Source: Acidobacteriota bacterium
GTDB taxonomy: Bacteria > Acidobacteriota > UBA6911 > RPQK01 > JAJDTT01
DNA length: 64,000 bases
Direction of reading: 5' to 3'
Assembly: GCA_965217775.1 (NCBI GenBank)
Contig: CBDCJH010000002.1
Location: 1,856,001-1,920,000 of the forward strand
Within the stretch, counting starts at the first letter, position 1; every line of letters starts with the position of its first letter. The notes below the pieces were generated by a model, which ran no database searches, was not told the origin of the DNA, and saw only the letters and a list, made by a program, of their open reading frames with translations. The position numbers were made by a program, and so were the translations under genes. Below are positions 47,834 through 56,019 of the stretch, in pieces.

Positions 47834-48588
47834 GTGCGCCAGGCTAACTGGCACAAGATAGGCGGTGAAAGTCCGCTGAAACGAAGGATTAACCATCCAC
47901 GTTTCCCCGCGAGCCGTGCGTGGGCATTAGGAGGCTGTCCGAGAACTCGGTTTTCGTCCAAATCGACATCTTTAAGTTATTGATTTATAAGAGGATAGTT
48001 TTTTCGGAGTCGTGAGTTTTCGAGTTCTCGGACAGGCTCCTAGTAAGGGTGTCGGCGAAGCGTCGGTAGCGGTGCGTATGGGCAGGCTATTGAGCACCGA
48101 AAGCTCCATGATCGGAAGCGCCGAGACTGTAGTCGCGGTCGAAGGTAACACTGGCTGGACCGACAGGGTGAGGGACAGCCGGGCTCCGCGGTGTCATAGA
48201 ACCCATGCACGTACGTAAATCTCGTGTCGGGACCTGGGAGGGCTTGCTCTCTCCCCGGCGAGAGCCGGGGCCTTGTGGGAAAGGAGAAAGCCGTAACCCA
48301 TGAGGGGAGAGAGGAAGCAATCGGATTCATCCATGGTAGTGATGAAGCGGGCGAACAAGGAGGGGGAACTCTCTGCGGAGTCCGTGAAGCGAAGGGATAG
48401 AACCAAGGGGAATTCGGCTCACCAAAGTACGGACCGGACCCAGAGCCGGGTAGCCGTGACACAGGCGGGGGTCGGATACGGCTGGCGTCGCAGCCAGCCG
48501 TCATTACCTGAGGTAGGAGCCGTGTGCCTTAACGGGCACGCACGGATCTGCGCGGGGGGCGCTGGGCAACCGGCGTCCCTACCGCGAC
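47834..48588 (+). ncRNA. ORF-less group II intron (IIB-like) inserted in a REP hairpin
   Basis: 5' GTGCG; DI GGCGGTGAAAGTCCGC and TATTGAGC.CCGAAA; GACCTGGGAG; DV GAGCCGTGTGCCTTAACGGGCACGCACGGATC; DVI ending CCCTACCGCGAC; no RT ORF in DIV. Confidence 0.92.
47931..48039. mobile_element. ~110-bp MITE inside intron domain I
   Basis: 19-bp TIRs GAGGCTGTCCGAGAACTCG / CGAGTTCTCGGACAGGCTC; flanks TTAG / CTAG; AT-rich core. Confidence 0.8.
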
Positions 48589-48604
48589 TTCCAGCCGCCG
48601 AATA

Positions 48605-48714
48605 GGAGCGGCGGAATTCTTGCCGCCGAACTCCAGTGGTGCAATGGGATAAAGAGGGAGCGGGGGAATGGAAGAATGGGCGACTGGAAAGTCGCCCCTC
48701 CCGTCGCCCCTCCC
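48605..48714. repeat. GGAG-type REP cluster
   Basis: GGAGCGGCGGAATTCTTGCCGCCG and inverted GGGCGACTGGAAAGTCGCCCCTCC. Confidence 0.8.
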
Positions 48715-48715
48715 G

Positions 48716-50599
48716 TCACTTTTGCCGCAAGCACCAGCGGACGGCGTTCTTCATCAGGCGCTGGTACATGGGATGAAACAGCGGTTCGGCCGGGTGGCCG
48801 CTGGCCAGATGGCAGACTCTTCCCTTCCCGACCTCGCGGACCCAGCCGGCGGGGACTGCGATTCCGTTGTCCATACGACTCTCCAGAATCATGTGGACCT
48901 GACTCTCGTCGTAGAGGACAGGCGTGTGCTGCTCGTCCGCCGTGGTGAAATCGCCGACCCCCTCGGTGATGGGATGGTCCGGGTCCACGACCTCGACGCG
49001 GAAACGCTCGTAGGGTCCGTGGCCGATGTACCGGCCTCCCACCAGCTTCAGGTAGGGTCCGGCGGGAGGATAGAGACCCAGGGAGTTGTGGAGATTCAGG
49101 AAGGAGCCTCCCTTCTCGACGAAATCCGCCACGGCCCGCTCCTGATCCAGGGTCATCCAGGTCTTGATCTCCCCATGAAGGGGATCCACCAGAGTTCTCA
49201 AGAGTTCCCGGCCCTCGCCCACGCGTTCCACTTGACGGCCGTCCCGCAGAATGACCAGCAACTGGACCCGGGACAGGTTCTTCGCGGACAGGGCGTTCAC
49301 GTCCACGGTGAAGTGGGGAGTGACGCCGGAGGCCTGGAACACCAGACTCAGCGCTTTCCGGATCGGAGCGGGTGGATGGGGACTGTCCCCGATCAGGACC
49401 AGCGCATGGGCACTGGAGTCGCCGGGTTGGGGCGGACGGCCGTGGAAGGGAGCGTTGGGGACCGTGAGCTCCCGATAGACATGGGCAACCTGTGGGTCTC
49501 TGGGGCGCGTATGGGTGGTCCAGTACTGCAGTCCGTCGGGAATCCGGACATATTTCTGGACCTCGGGCAGGGAGAATCCGATGGCGATCCCATAGGCGAC
49601 CTCGTCGCGGAGCTCCACCAGGAGGTCCCGCAGCCGTTCCACCATGCCCGAACCGGTCCAGGAACCGAATCCGGGAACTACCTCCCGGGCGCCAAGTTCC
49701 TGGAGGCGCTCCAGAACCTCGATCCAGGCTGCGGTGTCCTTGCCCGCAGGATTGAATCGGATCCCGTTCATGACCAAAGGACCACCGAAAAGGACTTTCT
49801 CTTTCTGGAGATAGAGGGCCCCGGCTCCCTCGTCCCAGACCTCGTCCAGGGGCAAAAACTGGATGGACCGGGCCGAATCTCCCACGAATCCAGGACTCGA
49901 CAGGGCCGTCACCATCGACGGGTCCAGATCCGGCATCCCGGCCAAGAGACGCTCGCGGATCCTGGAGGAAGTGAGGATTTGGGTCACGCCCCCCTTGACC
50001 AGCGCGCCGACCAGAGGAGCGATGGGATCCAACCCCATCGGTTCGGCGGAGCGATACCAGCGCTTCTCCACTGGCTCGTAGGCCGAGGAGGTCCCCCAGG
50101 ATGGATCTTCCCAGATGTGGGTCAAGACCAGACGCCGGGCGGGCCGGATACCCTTGCCCGTGACCCGGTCCAGATAGGCCTCGACCGATCGGCCTCGGGG
50201 CAGGTCGATCAACAATGTCTCCCCATCCAACTCCACCCACCCGCAGTTGGCACTGGCAAATTGGTGGGAGAAGCCGGCGGCGTGAACTCCGGGACCCAGT
50301 TCCGCGTGGTGAGGGAGAAGTTGCGGTTGCGACTCGGCAGTCATCAGTCCTGTGGAGAGTACCAGAATCAACAACAAGCCAAACGGTCCGAGCCTCTTAC
50401 CAGGAGGGGCGATTTCCAGTCGCCTCTTTCTCCGTTCCGCCCTGCGCTCGTTCTCGTCTGTTTCGGCCGGAGTTCGGCGGTTGGAAACCGCCGCTCCCAG
50501 CGACTGACCATCGGGTCCGAGCCTTGAAGAATGCGGGATGGCTCCCAATACACTCGATCCCCCGAAACAAGCTGTCGAATTGGCCCCGTGAAATGACAT
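48716..50599 (-). CDS. MBL-fold + ThuA-like domain protein
   Basis: ANCGWV..ETLLID, LTH, VVPGFG (degenerate MBL); FVEKGGSFLNLH, HPITEG, DEQ, GKGRV..GH (ThuA); AGGAGG RBS at 50599; start uncertain. Confidence 0.75.
   Translation of the reverse strand: MSFHGANSTACFGGSSVLGAIPHSSRLGPDGQSLGAAVSNRRTPAETDENERRAERRKRRLEIAPPGKRLGPFGLLLILVLSTGLMTAESQPQLLPHHAELGPGVHAAGFSHQFASANCGWVELDGETLLIDLPRGRSVEAYLDRVTGKGIRPARRLVLTHIWEDPSWGTSSAYEPVEKRWYRSAEPMGLDPIAPLVGALVKGGVTQILTSSRIRERLLAGMPDLDPSMVTALSSPGFVGDSARSIQFLPLDEVWDEGAGALYLQKEKVLFGGPLVMNGIRFNPAGKDTAAWIEVLERLQELGAREVVPGFGSWTGSGMVERLRDLLVELRDEVAYGIAIGFSLPEVQKYVRIPDGLQYWTTHTRPRDPQVAHVYRELTVPNAPFHGRPPQPGDSSAHALVLIGDSPHPPAPIRKALSLVFQASGVTPHFTVDVNALSAKNLSRVQLLVILRDGRQVERVGEGRELLRTLVDPLHGEIKTWMTLDQERAVADFVEKGGSFLNLHNSLGLYPPAGPYLKLVGGRYIGHGPYERFRVEVVDPDHPITEGVGDFTTADEQHTPVLYDESQVHMILESRMDNGIAVPAGWVREVGKGRVCHLASGHPAEPLFHPMYQRLMKNAVRWCLRQK
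50403..50497. repeat. GGAG-type REP doublet
   Basis: GGAGGGGCGATTTCCAGTCGCC and inverted CGGCGGTTGGAAACCGCCGCTCC. Confidence 0.8.
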
Positions 50600-50726
50600 G
50601 TCGATCCTCCTAATGAACAGGAAGCGGTCTCAGGACGGCCCCAAAGGCCGATCCGGCGTCAGTCTACTATGAGTCCGTGCCTGCCGCGAAAGCCGTCCCG
50701 GTACGCGACGAACCCTGCTTCCCGCG

Positions 50727-51710
50727 TCAAGGGACCAGGACCGCGGCCCCATCGAGTTCGCCCTGCTTCAACCGCCGGAGGGCTTCGTTGGCTTGATCCA
50801 GAGGAAACTCCTCGGTTTCGGTGCGCACCGGCACCCGCGGCGCCACGTCCAGAAACTCGACCGCGTCTTTCCGGGTCAGGTTGGCCACCGAACAGAGCCG
50901 GCGCTCCTCCCAGAGCAGGCGGTAGGGAAACGACGGGATGTCGCTCATGTGGATTCCGCCCAGGACCACCGTTCCTCCCTTGTCCACGGCTTCGAGCGCC
51001 AGCGGCACGAGAGGACCCACCGGAGCGAAGATGATGGCGGCATCCAGCGGTTGCGGCGGTTTCCCATCCGAGCCCCCGGCCCAGACCGCTCCCAGCGAAC
51101 GGGCGAACTCCTGCGCCGTCCGATCGCCGGGACGGGTGAAGGCGTAGACGCTTCTGCCCTGGTGACGGGCCACCTGGGCGACGATATGGGCGGCCGCTCC
51201 GAACCCGTAGAGGCCCAGGCGGCGACCCGGACCGGCCATGACCAGCGACCGATAGCCGATGAGGCCGGCGCACAGGAGTGGGGCCGCCTCCACGTCCGAG
51301 TATTCCTGGGGCATGGGAAAACAGTAGCGCTCGTGGGCCACGACCTCCTCGGCGTAGCCTCCGTTCAACGTATACCCGGTGAACCGGGCCCGCGTACAGA
51401 GATTCTCCCGGTCCGACCGGCAGTAGCCGCACTGCCCGCAGGTCCATCCCAACCAGGGGATTCCGACCCGGTCACCGATGCCGTGCCGCCGCACGCCGGG
51501 ACCCAACTGGGTCACGACACCCACGATTTCATGCCCGGGGATGATGGGTAGCTTGGGGTCGGTCAGATCTCCGTCCACCACGTGGAGGTCGGTCCGGCAC
51601 ACGGCGCAGGCCCGTACCTGAACCCGCACCTGACCCGGCCCCGGCTGCAACGGCGGCAGATCCACCTCCTCCAGGCTCGTCCCCGGCCGCCTCAGGATCA
51701 TGGCCCGCAT
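50727..51710 (-). CDS. Zinc-dependent alcohol dehydrogenase
   Basis: CRTDLH, GHEIVG, CGQCGYC..ENLC, GLYGFGAA. Confidence 0.95.
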   Translation of the reverse strand: MRAMILRRPGTSLEEVDLPPLQPGPGQVRVQVRACAVCRTDLHVVDGDLTDPKLPIIPGHEIVGVVTQLGPGVRRHGIGDRVGIPWLGWTCGQCGYCRSDRENLCTRARFTGYTLNGGYAEEVVAHERYCFPMPQEYSDVEAAPLLCAGLIGYRSLVMAGPGRRLGLYGFGAAAHIVAQVARHQGRSVYAFTRPGDRTAQEFARSLGAVWAGGSDGKPPQPLDAAIIFAPVGPLVPLALEAVDKGGTVVLGGIHMSDIPSFPYRLLWEERRLCSVANLTRKDAVEFLDVAPRVPVRTETEEFPLDQANEALRRLKQGELDGAAVLVP

Positions 51711-51711
51711 T

Positions 51712-52536
51712 TCAATGCTCCCGCCCGGGCACGCCTGCGTTCCCTCGAAGATGGTCCAACAGAAGATAGAGGAAGGATTCCAATTCGCCCGGATGTTGAA
51801 GCTGGTAGTGGGCTTCGGTGGCCGAATCGACCCCGCCCACCACGACGGTCAGTCCCTTCCCGCTCAGCGCCTGAAAGGCCGTCTCGTCGGCCGGGCACGT
51901 CCCCGCGTAGAGGGGGATTCGTCCGGTTCCCGGCGGCGCCAATTCAGCCGCGATCCGTCTCGCCGCTCTTCCCCGATCCCATTCCAACCGGGGCCGCACC
52001 TGCAGTCCGTCCCGGTCGCGGATCTTCCGGAGCCGAGGATATCCCCTCAGAACCGAATCGAGAATTCGCTCCACGTCATCCGCGCGGGTACGGGCGGCCG
52101 GATCCAGATGGAGGCGCAGGGTGATGTTCCTGGGATCGACCAGTACTCCGCTCGTTCCCAGGAACGCCTGGACCAGATCGGCCGCAAGGGAGCGAATCCG
52201 CACCACCCACTCCGCCTTGGTTCGCGCCCCGCTGCCCAGTCCCGGTCCCGAGAAATCCAACCCGTCGCTGCCGGCGTGAAAGAGGCCGTCGATATCCACC
52301 ATGGAGGCCAGGTCCTGCCGTCCGCGCCGACTCACGATCACCGTGGGACATCGACCGGCCAGTTGGCGGAGGACCTCTTTCATTCCCCGGGACAGTACCG
52401 CCATGTCTTCTCGTGAGACCAGAGGCGCCAGCGCGCCGTCGTAGGACAGAAAAAGCAACGGCTGCCGGCCCTGAAGGCGATGCCTGATCCGCGGCCAGTG
52501 GGCCAGGGCGGCAGGCAACCGGCGATCCACTACCAT
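51712..52536 (-). CDS. Trehalose-6-phosphate phosphatase (OtsB)-like HAD protein with degenerate active site
   Basis: LFLSYDGALAP, IVSRR, HAGSDGL, QVRP..WDRG.A, YAGTCPADETAF. Confidence 0.75.
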   Translation of the reverse strand: MVVDRRLPAALAHWPRIRHRLQGRQPLLFLSYDGALAPLVSREDMAVLSRGMKEVLRQLAGRCPTVIVSRRGRQDLASMVDIDGLFHAGSDGLDFSGPGLGSGARTKAEWVVRIRSLAADLVQAFLGTSGVLVDPRNITLRLHLDPAARTRADDVERILDSVLRGYPRLRKIRDRDGLQVRPRLEWDRGRAARRIAAELAPPGTGRIPLYAGTCPADETAFQALSGKGLTVVVGGVDSATEAHYQLQHPGELESFLYLLLDHLRGNAGVPGREH

Positions 52537-52663
52537 CCAAGCCTCCAGTCATTCCAGTGTCAGCGTCGTCGGGTCCGCATTGTTTCTGCCCCTTCCCACC
52601 GAGTCAATTGAACCCGCCGCGCCTTGACTCACCCCGGTGTGGAAACTACCATCCCGAACCATC

Positions 52664-53869
52664 ATGAACGCGCGTCAACTCGTCGGTTTCTCTTGGTGCA
52701 CCCTGCTGGCGGCCGGAAGCATGGCCCTGGCTGAATCGTCCGATCTTCCGGTGAATTGGAAGAAATTGCCCGAACCCTTCCACACCAAATCGGCCAGCAA
52801 CCGTCCGCAGGTCGTCCCTCGCCCTGAAGGTGCGAAGCTCAATCTCCCCGACGGCTTCCAGGCCGAAGTCATCGCCAGCGGTTTCGAGAAACCGCGCTTC
52901 ATGCTCCTGGGTCCGACCGGAGAGGTCCTGATCACCGACAGCGGCAAGCGCAACGAGCCGACAGGTTCGGTGGTCCGGCTCATGCACGGCAAAAAAACCG
53001 TCCTGCTGGAAGGATTGGATCGTCCTTACGGGTTGGCTCGCTACCAGGGCCACCTCTACGTGGCCGAGCCCACCTCCGTCAAACGCTACCCCTACCAAAA
53101 TCAACAGATCACGGGAGAGGGGGAGGAGGTTTTCTCCCTGGCGGGTTTCGGCAAGGGCCATTGGACGCGGACCCTCCTCTTCGACCGGCAGCGGGAGAAG
53201 CTCTACGTGACGGTGGGTTCCAGCTCCAACATCGGCAAGGGTGACCCGGCCGTTCGGGCAGCCATCAACCTGATCAATCCCGACGGCAGCGGACACGAGA
53301 TCTTCGCCACCGGTCTGCGCAACACCGTGGGCCTGCGCTGGCGCCCGGGGACGGATGAACTCTGGGGGAGCGTGCAGGAACGGGACGGCCTGGGCGACGA
53401 TCTGGTGGACGATTACCTGGTCCACATCAAGCGGGGTGGATTCTACGGTTTCCCCGACGCCTATTCCGGCCCTCACAAGGAGCCGCGCCACCAGGAGACG
53501 GACCAGGAGAAGGTCGACAGCAGCCTCTACCCGGACGTCCTGCTGGGCGCCCACGTGTCGGTCCTGGACATTCTCTTCTACAGCGGCAGCCAGTTCCCCG
53601 AGAAATATCACGGAGGCCTCTTCCTGGCCTTTCGCGGCTCCTCCAACCGATCGGTGCGAGTCGGATACTCCATCGCCTTCATCCCCTTCCTGAAGGGACG
53701 CCCCACCTCGGGCCCCACCGACTTCCTCACGGGCTGGATGTTGGCGCCGGATCGGCCGGAGGTCTGGGGACGGCCGGTAGGGCTGCTGCAGATGGTCGAC
53801 GGATCGCTGCTGATCTCCGAAGACGGGGCCGGCACGATCTGGCGGGTGTCCTACGAACCCCAGAGTTAA
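52664..53869 (+). CDS. PQQ-dependent sugar/sorbosone dehydrogenase family
   Basis: GHWTR, GLRNTVG, ERDGLGDDL, RGSSNR, GRPVG. Confidence 0.88.
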   Translation: MNARQLVGFSWCTLLAAGSMALAESSDLPVNWKKLPEPFHTKSASNRPQVVPRPEGAKLNLPDGFQAEVIASGFEKPRFMLLGPTGEVLITDSGKRNEPTGSVVRLMHGKKTVLLEGLDRPYGLARYQGHLYVAEPTSVKRYPYQNQQITGEGEEVFSLAGFGKGHWTRTLLFDRQREKLYVTVGSSSNIGKGDPAVRAAINLINPDGSGHEIFATGLRNTVGLRWRPGTDELWGSVQERDGLGDDLVDDYLVHIKRGGFYGFPDAYSGPHKEPRHQETDQEKVDSSLYPDVLLGAHVSVLDILFYSGSQFPEKYHGGLFLAFRGSSNRSVRVGYSIAFIPFLKGRPTSGPTDFLTGWMLAPDRPEVWGRPVGLLQMVDGSLLISEDGAGTIWRVSYEPQS

Positions 53870-53966
53870 CGGAAAGGAGTCCGTGGCAAGCGTCGCCGCG
53901 GGCTGACGCGGTGCGACACGGCGCACAGGCCCGCTCCGGCGATGGCCCATTGCGTCCCAGACGGGA

Positions 53967-54626
53967 ATGGACCTCATGTCCGGGAAGAGCCTGAGCCAAG
54001 CCGGCTTCGCCCTCAGCGTACCGCTTCTGTTCGGCTTGACCCTCTTCCCTTCCCCGGATTTCTCCCACCCGGTTCATCTCGATCTGGGTCTGGCCTGCAC
54101 CCGGTGTCACGCCGGAGCCGAAACCGGCCGTCTCGCCGCCGACCAGATGTTCCCGCAACCCGCGGTCTGCCTGTCGTGCCACTCCGGCGGCAAGACCACC
54201 CCTCTCGACCCGGACCGTCTCCGCTGGACCGCTCCGGAGCGCACCTACCGGTTCGACCACGCCTTCCACGTCCGCCTGGGCGACCTCGCCCCGCTCCTGG
54301 CGGCCGCCATCGACGGCGGGAAGTATTTTGGTTCACCTCAGATCCGGCCCCTGCTGGATCGGGCCAGCGGCTGCACAGCCTGCCACCGGGGACTCGAAAC
54401 CAGCGAGGCCACTCCCCTTCCCGTCATGTCGGACTGCCTGGTCTGTCACTCGGAGATCGACAACCCCTTCAGTTGCAGCTACTGCCACCTGGAGGGGGTG
54501 AACCTGCGCCCCGCGGATCACACACCGGAATTCGCCGACCTTCACTCCACAGGCAAGATCAAGCTGGACAAGGCCAGTTGCCTGCCCTGCCATGGAACCA
54601 ACTTCGAGTGCCGAGGCTGCCATTGA
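53967..54626 (+). CDS. Small multiheme cytochrome c (7 CxxCH)
   Basis: CTRCH, CLSCH, CTACH, CLVCH, CSYCH, CLPCH, CRGCH; FSH..H and FDH..H c3/c7-like ligands. Confidence 0.88.
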   Translation: MDLMSGKSLSQAGFALSVPLLFGLTLFPSPDFSHPVHLDLGLACTRCHAGAETGRLAADQMFPQPAVCLSCHSGGKTTPLDPDRLRWTAPERTYRFDHAFHVRLGDLAPLLAAAIDGGKYFGSPQIRPLLDRASGCTACHRGLETSEATPLPVMSDCLVCHSEIDNPFSCSYCHLEGVNLRPADHTPEFADLHSTGKIKLDKASCLPCHGTNFECRGCH

Positions 54627-54655
54627 GACTGATTCTGCCCAACGAACCGGGTGGG

Positions 54656-55924
54656 ATGTATGCCCCCTTCCTCCCCACTGCCGAGATGAGCCGCCACAAC
54701 GGCCTCCTCTACGTCGTGTCCATGTGCATCTTCATGTTCGCGGCGCCGGTGGTCTACGTGGGAGTGGTCCAGGCCGGGCTGCTGGACAAGCTGGGGGCCA
54801 GCGCCATGGTGGCCAACCTCCCGGCCTCCACCTATCTCCTGGGCGCCTTTGCACCGCCCCTCCTGTCGTGGCTGGTCCCCCACCGGTTCGTCCGAACCAC
54901 CGCCGTGGTCGCCTGCGCCGTGACCACCACCATGATCTCGGTGGTCTGTATCTGTCTCTTCGCCCCGGTCAGCGATATGGCCCGCTTGACCGCCGTCATC
55001 GGCCAGGGCCTGATCCAGGGTTTTTCCGCCTACACCTTCCAGGTGTACAAGTACCAGTGCCTGAAACGCGGCACCACACCCGAAGGGCGGGCCTGGGCCT
55101 TCAAATGGACGTTCGCCCTGGGTCCCATCTTCGCCGTGGCCGGCTCCCTCTGGGCCCAATACGTGCTGGGGGGCGGGATCGAGTGGCTCCCCTATCCCTA
55201 CGACTTCGGCCTGCTCTACCTGATCGGGGCGCCCTGCATGGGCATGGCCTGCTACCTGACGAGCCGATACCATCTGGCGCGGGTCCCGGAGACCCCGCGT
55301 CAACCCTTCGTCCAATACTATGCGGACAGCTTCAGATCCTTCGTTCGCCAGCCCACCCTGGTCTACCTGTGGCTGGGCTTCTTCATGTGGTTCATGGTCT
55401 TCACCGCCATGCCCACCCTCTCCCTCTACAGCCGGGAGGTCCTGGGCGGAGATCCCAAGGACTACTCGGGTTGGGTGATGGCCCTGCGCTTCGGCTTCAA
55501 GGCCGTGGCCGGGTACGCCCTGGGCGTCATCACGGTGCGGTACGGCCTTCGAGCCTCCCTCTTCGTCTGCATGGTGCTGTTGGGGACCTCCATCATCTGG
55601 GGCTGGACGGTTCCCGGCTACTTCTACCTGATCGCCTTCGGATTGATGGGAGCCGGCGAGCTGGGGGGCGCCTACTTCCCCAACTACATCGTCGGGATCT
55701 CACCACCCGCGCTCTCCACCATGAACATGTCGATTCTGATGATGACCAGTTGCGCCAGCTTCTTCGCTCCCAGCACCCACGGGGCCCTGGCGGACCACTT
55801 CGGTTTCCACGCCAGCTTCATCTTCGCCCTGGTGGCGGCGGTGGTATCCCTGTTTCTGATCGCCAAGCTTCCGAGAGTCCAGGCCAAGGACGAGGCGACG
55901 AGCTCGACATCCGGGGAGGCGTAG
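54656..55924 (+). CDS. MFS transporter
   Basis: About 12 hydrophobic helices in two halves. Confidence 0.75.
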   Translation: MYAPFLPTAEMSRHNGLLYVVSMCIFMFAAPVVYVGVVQAGLLDKLGASAMVANLPASTYLLGAFAPPLLSWLVPHRFVRTTAVVACAVTTTMISVVCICLFAPVSDMARLTAVIGQGLIQGFSAYTFQVYKYQCLKRGTTPEGRAWAFKWTFALGPIFAVAGSLWAQYVLGGGIEWLPYPYDFGLLYLIGAPCMGMACYLTSRYHLARVPETPRQPFVQYYADSFRSFVRQPTLVYLWLGFFMWFMVFTAMPTLSLYSREVLGGDPKDYSGWVMALRFGFKAVAGYALGVITVRYGLRASLFVCMVLLGTSIIWGWTVPGYFYLIAFGLMGAGELGGAYFPNYIVGISPPALSTMNMSILMMTSCASFFAPSTHGALADHFGFHASFIFALVAAVVSLFLIAKLPRVQAKDEATSSTSGEA

Positions 55925-56019
55925 CGTCGAATGCCGCTACGGCGTTGCCACGGTCCATCTGCAAGTACATGCTTGCGGAACGTGAACGTGACCCGCACGG
56001 ACCCGCCCTCCGGTGAAGA

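Noticed and set aside
47834-48588. Retron ncRNA or protein-coding ORFs (48040-48504, 48300-48605)
   Set aside because: The sequence has clear group II intron boundaries and domain V/VI; the ORFs are incidental and lack RT motifs.
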